Below, piece by piece: positions 49,940 to 62,520 of a stretch of 64,000 nt of DNA. Under the pieces are notes generated by a model. It saw only the letters and a list, made by a program, of their open reading frames with translations. It was not told where the DNA came from and searched no databases. Each line of letters starts with the position of its first letter. Position 1 is the stretch's first letter. The stretch is from Mobula birostris. Taxonomy: Eukaryota. Both the position numbers and the translations under genes were made by a program. The stretch is from NCBI RefSeq assembly GCF_030028105.1, contig NC_092374.1, forward strand, positions 176,538,057-176,602,056. Direction: 5' to 3'.

Positions 49940-51270
49940 AAAGATCTGGAATCAACAACATAAAAGCACAGTCGAAGTTTCGGGTCCGTTCACTTCGGCA
50001 GGACTGGACAAAAATGAGGTTTGATTTAAAAGGTGGAGGAAGGGAGGAAGAAACACAACGTGGTAAGAGTGAAACCGGGAGGAGGAGTGGTGAAGTATAA
50101 AGGTGGGGAGGTGATTGGTGAAAGAGATACAGAGCTGGAGAAGGGGGAGTGGACAGAAATTCATGGAAGAAAGAAAAGGGATAAGGAACATCCAAGGGAG
50201 GCGATGAACAGGCAAGGAGATAAGGTGAGAGAGGGAAAGGGGGATGGGGAATGGTGGTGGAGAAGGGGGAGCATTACCGGACTTTCAAGAAACCGTTATC
50301 CATGCCATCAGGTTGGAGCCTGTTCAAACGGTATATAAGGTGTTGTTCCTACAACCTGAGAGTTGCCTTATCGCGACAACAGAGTCGGATGAGGATCGAC
50401 ATATCGAAATGTGAATGGAAAGTGGAATTACAATGGGCTGCCACCAGGCAGATCCAGCTTCTTCTTTCAGAAATGCAGATATGAGTTTAGTGGGAGTGGG
50501 AACAAGCTGGATAAATAGATCTAGCTGGACAAAGGAGGTTGTGGATCATGGGTAGGTGGTAGAAACAGGCGTTGCGGAGTGCGGGATCTATTAGATTGGT
50601 GGCAGTGATGGGAGCTCTCCAGAAGTAATAAGGTCAGTGATGGTGTGCGAAATAATGGCCTGGTCTTCCGTAGTGGGACTCTGTTCGAGGGGTAAGAGAA
50701 GGAGGCTGAGAGTTGTTGCTGCGCCTCAGCAAAGCAGAAGACGGTCCACTGAACTAATTCAGCGCCCCTGTTATCTGCAGGTTTGATGATGAGTTTAGAA
50801 TCAATGTGGAAGGAGTGGAGAGTAGAAGGGGGTCAGGTTGGAATTGGAGAGAGGAGTGTTGACGTTGATACGGTTGATGTCCTGCTGGCAGTTGGCAAAT
50901 GGAAAGGTCCAGAGCAGCAGAAGACCTGGGCGAGGTGTCCAAGAAGCGGAGGAGGGTTGAGGATGGGAGAAGGGGTAATTGGTGTGAGGTGGAGAATCCT
51001 TGCCAAAGAAGTAGACTTGGAAACGGAGGCAGCAGTCCAGATAGAAACGGAGAGCTCTAAGGCCTTCCTGGTGACGGATGGATGTGTATAGGGATTGGAC
51101 ATCTATATTGAAAATAAGATGGTGGTGTTGGTGGGGTGTGGGGGACACGCAGTAAAAAACGGGGAGCTTTGTATCTTTCCTGGGGAGGAGGAGGGGAGCG
51201 GAGATAGAGGTGTATAGGGACTGGCCATACATAGTAAAAATAAGATGAGGGTAGCCATAGTGCATTGTTG
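49940..51270 (-). mobile_element. Rearranged Penelope-like element fragments (RT, GIY-YIG end, pseudo-LTR)
   Basis: RT motif appears twice (FNIDVQSLYTSIRHQEGLRAL; FTMYGQSLYTSI). C-terminal LYRLNRLQPDGM; degenerate pseudo-LTR. Confidence 0.8.
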
Positions 51271-52149
51271 AAGTTCCTATCTATTTCTGACATGTTATGT
51301 GACAGACAGTGATATTCAACACAAGAGGTTGGTTGTTCTCAGAGTTGGAGTTGGATCTCCAATAGGGTTGAAGAAGCACTAGTGTTAAATTGAAATTCAT
51401 GCAATTCTTATTTCAATTTCATTTCATTGACTTCCTGTTTTGAGCATGGTGATTATTAACTGGTATGACTTTAAAGCTAGATTCAGAAGCTTTGTGATAT
51501 CGTCTATTGCTCGACTGAACAATCAATCAGCCTGCTGTTGAAAATACGGGGATAAAACCTTCCCAATGGATTGAATATCTGAAAATTTACTAGATATTTT
51601 CAATATTTCAGGTACATTTCAGAGTTCCTATCATTTATACCTATCTGAATATCCAAATATTTTGATTTTTTTTGTAGCTAAGACTGCATTATACGTCATC
51701 CTGTAAAGTTAAACTCTATACCACTCAGCCGACCACTGACCAACGAAGATAAATCATTTTCTTCCTTTCTGTTCAAAGCTCTCAATGAATTAGAGCTTAA
51801 TGATCTGCTTTACCAGCACTCATCTTGATTCACATTGTGCAATGCTTAAGAAAAGCAAAGAGCCATTAATCATAGAACTCTACGACAGCCAAATACGTCA
51901 ATGGCAAACAAGATGCATAATATACTAGTTCCATTTGCCTGTCTGTATAACTGTACACATGTCTTCAAAATATCTTAATTAGATTCACTGCCACAAGTTC
52001 CTCAAACAGATAGTTTCATCTACTCACCGTCCACTGAGTGGAAAACTGGCTTCGGCGAGGTAAAGTATCCGGCAAGTTTCTCATGTTTTATTCTTATTGT
52101 TCTATACCTTGTCTGTTATGGCATAATATTGCAGTGATATATATTGTGC

Positions 52150-53800
52150 GTGTGATGTGTGAAGTCTTACAGACCTCCAGTTTCCAGGATCAACGCATCT
52201 GTACCAGGTGCACCCAGCTGCAGCCCCCGAGTAAACGCATACAGGAACAGAAACTGCAGCTAGATGACCGTTGACTGATAGGGGAAAATAAGGAGGTACT
52301 AAGTAGGAACCACAGGGAGGTAGTCACCCACCCCAAAGTTGCAGGCGCAAGGTAACTGGGTGACGGTCGGGAGGAGCAAGGGAAATGCATAGCCAGTGCA
52401 GTGTACACTTCCACTCAATAATAAGCATTCAAATTTAGATACTGTTGAGGGAAACAACAAACCGTAGGGAGACACAGTGACTGGATTTTTGGTGCCAAGT
52501 CTCATGCTGTGGCTCAGGAGAGCAAAGAGGTGAAGGCGATTACAGTCTTGATAGGAATTCCACAGTAAGAGAAAAAGAGACTAGAGTTTGTGACCCGATG
52601 GGGCCTGGATGGTATATTGCCTCCCTGGTTCAGGGATGTCTCTGATCTGGTCCATGCCATTCTCAGGGCTGAGAGTGAGCAGCCAGTATTCTTGGTGCAT
52701 GTCAGCACAAATGACATTAGTGGACAATGTAAGGTGGACCTGAGGAGACTGTTTAAGGAGCTAGGTAGAAAGGTGAAAGACAGGACCTCCAAGGTAGCAA
52801 TCTGCGGACTGCTTCCTGTGCAGCGTGCCAGTGTATGGATCATGGGATCACTTCAGGAGAATATGTAACTTATACAAATGTGATGTGTTACACCTGAACC
52901 TGAGATGGACTGATATCTTTGCAGGCTGGTTTGTTAGAGTTGTTCTGGAGGATGTAAGCTAATTTGGCAGGGGTTTGCGAGTGAGACTGCTGAAGATGAG
53001 GCAGTTCGTTTACAAGCAAGGGCAATGTGTAGTTAGACTTCTATCAAGGAAAGGCTGATGATAGGGCAAACTTGCAGTCAAAAGAATGAGCTGTAATGTG
53101 AACGGCGAGTAGAAGGGTAAATACAGGATTGAAAGTGTTATATTTGAATACGAGCAGTGGACAGAATAAGGTCATTGAACGTAGCACACTTACCGAATGA
53201 CATGGTGGATATTGCAGTCATCACTGAATCGTGGCTGACAGATGATAGCTGAGTGCTTAACGTTCAAGGATACATTACATATTGTACCGAAAGGACAGGC
53301 AGGTAGGCTGACGGGGTGACACGGCACTCTGAGTAAAAATGAAATCAAGTTATTAGAAAAAAGTGAAGGAGTTGGAGCATTGCCGGTAGAGCAAAGGAAA
53401 TGCAAGAATAAAAAGACACTGATGGGAGTTATATACATACCCCCCAAAATAGTAAGAATATCATCAATAAGCTGCCACGAGTGACAGAAATGCATGCTAA
53501 AGTGCAATGCTACCACAGTCATAGGGGATTTCAATATCCAGGTAGGTTGGGAAAATCAATTTGGTGCTCGATTCCACGAGAGGGAATTTCTAGAACGCCT
53601 GCGAGATGGCTTTTTTAGAGCTACTCCTGTTTGAGCCCACTAGGGAATTATTTATTCTGGATTGGGTGCTGTGCAATGAGCCGGAATGACTTTAGAGCTC
53701 AAGGTAAATGAGTGCTTAGGAGTAACTGACGATAATTGGACCGAAATCACCTTGAGAGTGAGAAGCTAAAGTCCTATGTCTCAGCATTACAGTGGAGTAA
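52150..53800 (+). mobile_element. Degenerate CR1 ORF1 and endonuclease remnants
   Basis: RICTRCTQLQ, LVHVSTNDIS, and a gggggatttcaatatccagg (GDFN) segment. Confidence 0.7.
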
Positions 53801-53811
53801 AGAGAATTATA

Positions 53812-54170
53812 AGACCATAAGACCATAAGATGTAGGAGCAGAGGTAGGCCATTCAATCATGTTCTGATCAAATGTTTCCAGTCATCCCTACCTCCACCTT
53901 TTGCCCATACCCTTTGATGCCCTGGCTAATCAAGAACCCATCTATCCCCGCCTTTAATACACACAATGACTGCCTCCACAGCTGCTCGAGGCAACAAATT
54001 CCACAGATCTACCTCCCTCTGGCTAAAGTAATTTCTCCACATCTTTGTTCTAAATGGACGTTCTTCAATGCTGACGTCTTGCTCTCTTGTTGAAGATTCC
54101 CCTACAATGGGAAATAACTTGGCCATATATAATCTGTTTAGACCTTTTAACATTCTGTTTTACTCCTGTA
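53812..54170 (-). mobile_element. CR1 3' fragment
   Basis: (aagaccat)n tail; frame FSQREVDLWNLLPRAAVEA. Confidence 0.8.
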
Positions 54171-54239
54171 GGCCTTCTAGTCAAGTTTTGCGAACAATAT
54201 TGGTGTCATGATCAATTTTACAGATAGCGTATAAACTGT

Positions 54240-55190
54240 CCTAGCTTCGGCAGGAGTTTATTCTATCCATGAACATTCTCGTATTGCACGACATCGCTGT
54301 TAATAAGAGTGCCACTGGACGATTGCCGTGGAAACAGTTCATGCTGCCCTTTATGGGCACCAGTATTTTATGCCCTTTTGTTTTCAGAATACCAGATATT
54401 TCATTGTCGATTTTAGCGAAGTGGAAAATATGAAAATTAAATAGCCTAACTGAATAATTAAATAGAATAATTGAGCGAATTGCAGTATACCAGACTTCAT
54501 GGCAAAACAACCATTGAATGATTGGTCCAGGCATTCGATGCATACGGCTTCATATATGGGCCCCGGCACTTCAAAGTGCCCATTCATGTTCTTCCTTTAG
54601 CACATCATGTCATTAGGTATCACTCAGTCAGTTCAACTCTCAACACTGCCATGTCTTCCTCTCCGCAGCTCTGACTTAAAAAAAAAAGGTCCGTCCACAG
54701 TTCTTTAGGGATGTTGATGCACGTGAAACTGTTCATCCTTTCCGCCGATGATTCCTCGATGTGGACTTGTGTGTAATCCCCCGACTTCCACTTCCTGATA
54801 TCCACCATCAATGCCTTCGTCCCACAGACGGTGTGTGCAGGGTTGTTGCTGCAGTAACACACGAGCAGCAGATCTATCTCACTCCTGTACATCTCCTCGA
54901 CACCACATGAAACTCTGCAATAACAGTTGGTTCATCTATAAATTTATAGATGACATTTGATCTGTGTCTAGCCGCACTTTCATGGGTTTACAGAGCGTAA
55001 AACAGTGGGCTAAGCACACATCCTTGAACTGCGTTTGTGTTGATTATCAGAGAGGAGGAGATGTTATTTCTGATCCCTGTTGACTGTGGTCTCCTGATGA
55101 GGAAGGCAAGGATCCAATTGCAGAGGGAGTTACAGAAGCCTGTATTTTGGAGCTTGTTGATTAGAACTGAGGGTGTAATTTTGTACAACA
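54240..55190 (-). mobile_element. Rex1/Babar-like RT fragments
   Basis: LCNWILAFLIRRPQ...QGCVLSPLFYAL and RPVALL...M motifs; rearranged. Confidence 0.65.
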
Positions 55191-56456
55191 GATTCTAGTT
55201 TATGGAAGTATTAAGACGAAACACAACATTTACACTAGACAAACTTTCAAATTTCAGAAGGCATGTATGTAAAGTGGTTGGGAAAAAAAGATGTAATGAA
55301 GAGCGGGTCAAGTTTCATTCGAACATAGAACTTTAACTCCAGGGAGCACGATGTCAATGTTTGTAGTGAAATCAGTTCTGATAGTAGTGTACAGATTTTT
55401 TTAGATAGGTACGTTAATAATGCAGTATTGGAAGTAACGTGGAACATGATTTGAATAATTTAGTATCTTTCCCAGCATTGATATCTAAGACTGAATGGCC
55501 ACCTTCTGCGCTGTAGGGTTGTATGTGCTAATTATTTGCAGAGGCTGCATTCTAATCTTGCTAAACCACCAGTGGTTTTGAAAGATCTGTCTTACATTAT
55601 TTTACAAGCTTCTATTAGATCTTTCTTCAGCAGTCAAATCCCCAGAGAAAACAAGAAACGTTTGGCAAACTTTTCTTTATACCGAAGAAGATACCCTCCA
55701 ATCCAGGTGAACCTCTTCTGCAACATTTCCAAAACCGCAATAGCCTTCTTTAACTGGGGATGGCGTTATCTTAATTTTTAATTAATGCCCTGAATCAAGT
55801 TTCTGCTTTCGCAAAAGATCCGGACTTAACGATATTGACAACAACGTTAAAACTTAAGTAATTGTTATTCTCCAAACTCTCTACTCAAAGTGAGCCACAT
55901 GTCAGCCTCATTTTGACAATCAATATAGTAATTTCCCACCACTATTTGGAAATTGTACTGTTTCAAGAATGCCTCTACGATGAACTCTATAAATCCTGCC
56001 CTGTCTAATTGCATTTCCTCTACTGTTCTCGCTGCTCTTTCTGTAAAGAGCTAGGCAGGGAGTTACACTCCTCAAAAATCACCTGTAGGGGAAGCTTTCT
56101 TCGGGAATTTTAATGAGAGGCCTTCGTGAATCTCCAGAAAGTTAGGCTAAACACGTATTAGATTCAACGCAGAATCCTTAATATACAAATATTATCGATT
56201 ATTCTGAGGATCAGCGTTCAACAAGGTTGTACACAGAGCAATATCAAAATTCCATGAACATTACTGTGAATAGTAGACCACAGGTGCATTGATGCCTAGA
56301 CTCTAGAGCGGAGGTTTCTTTTTTCAGCAATTACAGCCAGTTTAAGTCTCTTTATTTCGTATTTTTGAATATCTTCATAGATACAGTTAAAATTCAGAAC
56401 ACATGAACATCAAGGAAAGTTTTACTTCAAACATTTGTGAATCAATTAACTTTATT

Positions 56457-57361
56457 TTACGGTTTTTGATTATTAAGTCGTTGCAGGGGACATTTAATGA
56501 CGTTCGTCAGTTCATTTCTAAATTTTCTCTGAGACACTGCATAGATAAAGGTATTTGTGCAGGAACTCAAACTTCTGAGCATATAACCAGATTGTTCTGC
56601 AATAGTAAATGGGTCATTGTAATTCTCTTCTAAAAATTGAGCATTTGAAAATTGCACGGAAATGTAAGAACAAAAAGTTACCATCCATAGCAGGAGAAAC
56701 GAACCAGATATAGACAGTAGTAAAGTAATTGATTTTCTGCGATTCACTATCTCTGGATCAATGTTCTTCCCATCGTTACTCCCTTTCCGAAGACCGCTCC
56801 TCGTTCTATTGGCCAGTACAATGTGTCTGATTGTCAAGCCATTGAACAGAATAATTAAAACAAATGGCAAAATCGGGGTTAAAATTGTATCTATCCATAA
56901 GTGTGTTATCCATATGGGTAAAGTATAGAAACTTGATTTTACAACGCAAGACCATGGCACTTTGTCAATTATTTCCCGAGTTTCATATATAAAGAATGTC
57001 GGAATATTTTGTGAAATGCTTAAGAGGCAGGCCACAGTAACAACCACAGATGCTGTTTTCTCGTTGCAATATCTTCCTCGTAACATATGACATCGAATTG
57101 CCACGAATCGATCGAAGGTAAATGCCACAGTTAACCAGACAGAACAATCAATGGAAACAAATAGTACGGTCAGATTAAGTCGACAAATTGGAGTATAGTT
57201 TAGGATTGAATATGGAAAGTAACTATCTTTAATCTCAAAGAGAATAACTTCAAATATGAGCACCATTAGGTCAGCGACAGCCATGGACAACAGGTATCGG
57301 GTGATGCATTTGGTGAGACCGCAGTTCCCCCGACAGAGAATGAGGATTGCCATCAAATTAG
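56457..57361 (-). CDS. Exon 2 of GPR139/142-like GPCR paralogue 2 (324 aa spliced)
   Basis: Acceptor ttttgcag|CT AAT TTG ATG at 57362/57361; same motifs as paralogue 1 (MAVADL, DRF, WSC, NTFIY). Confidence 0.92.
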
Positions 57362-58775
57362 CTGCAAAATGCAAAGAAACATGGTTATCGTTACAACTTG
57401 GAAGTGTATCAAACGAAATTTCTTTCTGTGAATTGTAATGAAATTATGAAGTAATATTGTGATTCACAAACATTACAATTATACAATCTTCCAAAAACCT
57501 GGAACAAGTAGTATATATTTAGCCTGCTTTTGGTGCAGTGACATCAGAACTGGACTTCGAAGCGAGTTGTCCCAAATGCGAATCCAACTGGCTTGTGGCT
57601 CGCTTTCTACCTGTGCTGGGTTGAGCGTCGCATTAACAGATTTGCATGTAAACACACAGTCATATGCTACAGAAACGGCAAAAAATGCCACTCGATGCGC
57701 CCCAAAGCGTGGAATGGAAAAACACACAACAATGAATATTATTGGCGACAAAAATGTGGCCCTGATGAAACAGCAAGGTGTTGAGTTTTGCAATGTAGCA
57801 TTCTGCCCCATGCTCGGTAGCAAGTCGGCTATATTTCTATATCCATTGTTATTGGAACAGAAAGGTCTACAACTATGTTGTGGGACTGGTTTTGCTCCTA
57901 ACAAAAGTGTAGGAAGAAACCAATCACAATTCGGAAATGTATCCATATTTCCCTCTTGTCCTATTATCTTTACCAACACTTCAGTGCTGTTTCTGAAGTG
58001 ACAGTGGGACAGCCTATGTACTCTATACATGTCAATATCACTTCTCAGTATATCAGCAGCTGCATTTCGCTTTAACGTTTTATAAATTAATCTCTAATTT
58101 TGGTGGGTAGAATCACGTTATTTCATTGATAACATCGAACTCCGATTCAAACGTCTTACAGAATTGAATGGACTTGGAATAGGGATCATAATTTGTTTTG
58201 TACATTCTAGGCATCAGAATGATAGAGATTTAGCATGGTTACCTGACATCCATCATTCTATACGTTGTTACCTTTAAGAGTCAAAGTAATTATCTGGGTC
58301 TTATATCTTACTGTGTAGTTTTACAGTGACATAAACGCACCATAATGATAACTTTACTCTTTTCCCCTTGCAGGCATTTACAGGAAAATTAAGAAATAGA
58401 ATAGAATCTATGAAAAAGCTATACATAAATAAAGATAGCCACACGATCATGATATTATTAGAATTGTCTAGAGCAAAAACAGATAACTTCTCCAACTATC
58501 TGAGTCTACTCAAAATCACTGGCAAAGCGTTCTCCATCACATAATGCAAATGAGATGTTCAGAATTATTTGTGCTGCATAGTGAGTCCGCAGTAAGACAG
58601 ACAAATACAGTCACTGGAGTTAAACATTTCATACAGTTATGAGTATATTACCCGATTGCCAAATATTAACTTATGAACAGCTGTTGTGCGAAAATTTTGA
58701 CACCGTGCTGTGCTGAAGATATGGATGACACAGGGGAGTTCTAACAGTGAAAACATCTGCAGATATTAAACTTAC

Positions 58776-58845
58776 CAGGAACGCCAATTATTCCAAGAAT
58801 AGGATAGTAAACATTTTTCACTTGCTGGATTACTGGCTGTTCCAT
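58776..58845 (-). CDS. Exon 1 of GPCR paralogue 2
   Basis: ATG at 58845, MEQPVIQQVKNVYYPILGIIGVP+G|gtaag; 70 bp and phase 1, like paralogue 1. Confidence 0.92.
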
Positions 58846-59449
58846 GTTTAGAAAGAGACTCTTCTGACCTCGATTGCAGTGAGAACGCTGTTTCTTTTTC
58901 TTTCTTCTAACGGATTATTTATTTATAGGGGATAGAATTCCCAGCTGGAACAGAAACATTGCACAACTGCGACTACTTATGCCTTTGAACAAACAAATTA
59001 GGAAGGATTACACTTGTTGCTGTTAATCAAGAAATTTTGGTGTTCTGCCGCCAGTGAAAACGTGTTAAATCTTTACACATTCTAAAAAATAAGTTACTTT
59101 CACTCACTCCACAATAGTAGAAACTCACGAGAATATTGTTGTATTTTTGCTTGTATATTTCCAGTTTGTAATGAAGAAAACCGGCGAAGTTTTTATCGAA
59201 ACACTTGATTATATGAAAAATATTGTTTTGAGACTTTAGTTGTTTTGTTTATCTTCACGATTTATCCAAAAGAAAATCAAAACAATATGTGAAGATATGA
59301 AAAATATATATAGGTACATGATATACAAGTTCTTTGATCAGACGTCAACTTTAAAAAATGTCAATTACAACACATCTACGAAGCCTATTTTGAATTTTAT
59401 TATGCTATAAATTTATATGAAAACCTTTTTTACTGGGCATCTCCAGAGA

Positions 59450-60161
59450 TGCGACTCGTTAGCTCGGGTCCCACCAAACTGCTGAGGTTGGAATTGCTGA
59501 CCGACACAGACTCCAGTTTGTGTGACTACTGTGTGATTTACTGCCCCATACAATCGCCCGTTGGCAAGAAATAATAGATTATATACTGCTAAAACTTATA
59601 AAGAAAATATATGAATGTTAACTTAAAGAGTTGTAAAAGTGAAGAAAGAAAATAAACAAAAAGAAAATCAAACTGTCAAATGTGCACAAGGTGGAACTCA
59701 ACTCTTCCAAAAGCCGACGTGTCCGATGCACTCACGGCACCAACTCATATTCACCGTTCCTGGTAGAATTCAACCCCTTGGTCCCCGCTGAATCGCGTAT
59801 TCCCTCCTGATTGAATCCTACTGCCTGCTCTCTCTGTCTATCTCCCGCCGAGAAAGACCTCGACCAGTCGGTGTCCGTCATAAAACATCCCCGCCGGCGT
59901 TCCCATGACCTTCTCCCAGTATTACCCTCCTTATTGGATGATACGACATTCCTAAGCTTCCTTATCTTTAATGGTAACCCAAACACAGCTTCTCCAGAAA
60001 ACCATTACGTGAAATACCCTGCAACATTAGCATTAAAATCTTTACCAGAGAGTTACACTCTTTCCACACACAAAATAGCTATGTCCTCAGGACATTGAAA
60101 TTTATAAATCCATCATTTATAACCGAGATTTCAAAGGAATTCCGTAATGTTCGGACTTACA
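59450..60161 (-). mobile_element. Probable LTR adjoining a Gypsy internal remnant
   Basis: Minus strand starts TGTAAG at 60161; contains a CCAAT box and an LTR-like composition. Far end and TSD not resolved. Confidence 0.5.
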
Positions 60162-60169
60162 ATCCATTT

Positions 60170-62520
60170 GTAACTGTAGTGACATATGTCATTAGAGGGA
60201 TAGGCACAGCACTGTTCCTCTGGCCAGCCTATCTGGGGTTTCCTGACTCTTGACACCTCCTTATCCCATCATCTACTTCTTCAGTCACGGACTCTCCTTG
60301 GGATCTTTCCTGTCTCCTGAAAGAGGCGTTCCCCTGTCCATTGCTCACTCTATACAGCAACACATGCCCACCTTGTACTTGACTGAGCTAAGCTTCATCC
60401 TCAGTTACCTTGCAGCCTATTTTCTGTTTACTGTCTAACCACATGCCTGTCTGTCCACTGACTCACCCACCCCCACCCTCCGTTGCATCTGCATCAGCCT
60501 TGGGAGGTTCGGAAAACTCTTCAACAATTTCCTTTTGTTGTGTGCCATACTCTGCCAGAGTCTCGGAGACCACTTTTTCAAGAGCTTGTCTTGGAGGAAA
60601 GATTCTGTGAGCGGTCCCCCACATCCTTCTCACGGCCTAGTTTTTCTTTACGAGATCGAGTTGCGAGCTCGACACTCAACCCAGCACGGATGGAAAGCGT
60701 GCCATGGAGCGTCCTGACTGGATTCGATCTCCGGAACTTTGCTTCGGAAGCTGGCGCTGATGTCACTGGGCCACCAGCCGGCCTCATCAATTATTTGGGT
60801 GTTCGAAATGGAAACGTATACCACACTTCCAGTTCTTCATCTTCTGAATCCATACAACATTCAGTGCATTGGATCCCTTCAGGTCACTCCACTGTTTGCA
60901 TTTCTGTTTTCTCATGTCGCTGCAGAGACCTCCTACTAGGTGTAGGGTCCATGCCAATCTCTAGGTCAACAAGTACCTCTTGCCCGAGAAGTAAAAGTGG
61001 TTCCGATGGAGAACTTTGACTTGTCCATTCTCGTCTTCTGGTTTTATCTGAAACGTTGGGATATTTGGCATCTGGTTCTCTACTTCATACAGCGTAGGCA
61101 CCCAGCGATCAACCAGCTTATGCTTCCCTGGTGGCCACAAATTCGTCATGAGATTTCTGCCTCCAGGGATCAGATGGGAGCTCCTAATATTTTGATCATA
61201 CCTCCTTTTAATTCCTTGATTCTGCTTGGTAGCAGAGACCACTGCTAGTACATAAGGCGTTTTTTTAAAAAATTCTCTCCTTAAGTCAGACACATACTTA
61301 TGGTCGATCTTCTGTGGTAAATCTTCACCACCAGACAATGTAGAGGTCTACAGGAAATCTTACTTCGCGCCTAAATATCAAATAATCTGGCGAGTATCCA
61401 GTAGCTTCATTCTCTGATCAGTTGTAGCAGTGGTTCCAAATATGCCCAGCAATGTCCAATTGAACCTTTCGTGCTGGGGATCAGCCTGAAGGTGATAAAG
61501 TGAAGTTCACGACTTCTTGAATCCAGGCAATCTCATTTCATCATGTATAAGCCTACCTCAAAACTGTTTCCTGATCACTATGTATCCGTCTGGGTAGACC
61601 AAAAAAAAGAAATAATTTTCCCATAACACTCTGGCCACGGTGGATGTCCTTTGATCCTTTGTAGGGAACGCTTGAGCATATCTGATGTAGTGATTATTAA
61701 TAACCAAGACATTCACCGTGTTGAAGGAATCAGGCTCTATGGAGAAGAAATACATTCATACTAGATCAAATAGCCCAGCACTCTGCAAATGGGATAAACA
61801 AACGGCCATAGTAGGCAGCGTCTTCATTCGAATACATCGAATGCACGACTTACAGTACTCTTTGACCTCAGGCCAGTAGAGCTAAAAACCTGTAGACTTT
61901 GTCAAACGCTAAATGTTTTGAACCATCATGGAGTGCTTAAGCACAATCCTCCTATGCTTCTCAGCTAAAACCAGCTGGGAACGCCGAGCCCTGCCTGGAG
62001 GAGACATGATCCGGTATACAACCTTATTCCTAACTCCAGTTTGTTCCATTCACTCAGAATTAGAGGCATGTCAGGGTGTTTCGTCATTCCAGCTTGCGCC
62101 ATATCCTCTTTCGCAACAGTTGACCGGACCGTACCTATACAAGTGTCATTCCGCTAAGCGGAGGTAACTTCCCCATGACTCAACGTCGGCAACTGCTTCG
62201 TATTCAGAGCGGCCAGTTTACAGCAAACTTGTGGAATGGGACAGCCAGAAGTACCCAGATGACCCACCTCTCCATCCTGCCCGGGACTTGCTTCTGATTT
62301 CGCCGTGGAAGAAGGCTGGCACCTTGCTTTAACTCCAGGTACAGGAATGCGCCCCCACTCTTCGTCCTTTTCCAGCCCTTCCTGTGCACGTCGGACAATG
62401 CATCGCCATCAATGTTCCGTCTCCCCGGCTGGTAGCTCAGACTGAAATCATTGGCAGGTAACTCCACCAACCGATCCCGGCCCTGATAAATAAGGCCCCC
62501 TAAGCCCCTTCTGCTGACGT
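60170..62520 (-). mobile_element. Degenerate Gypsy pol remnant (RNase H, integrase)
   Basis: HTDVSRRGLG and YQPGRRNIDGDALS (RNase H), YAQAFPTKDQRTSTVARVLWE (integrase core), GKHKLVDRW...VLHRNH (GPY/F), terminal RVRKPPDRL. Confidence 0.88.

Noticed and set aside
57362-57374. ORF-track start MHFA of GPCR2 (and the internal Met start of GPCR1)
   Set aside because: Intronic sequence upstream of the AG acceptor; TM1 is only complete with the 70-bp exon 1.
60483-61019. 178-aa plus-strand ORF
   Set aside because: Antisense shadow of the degenerate Gypsy pol C-terminus.
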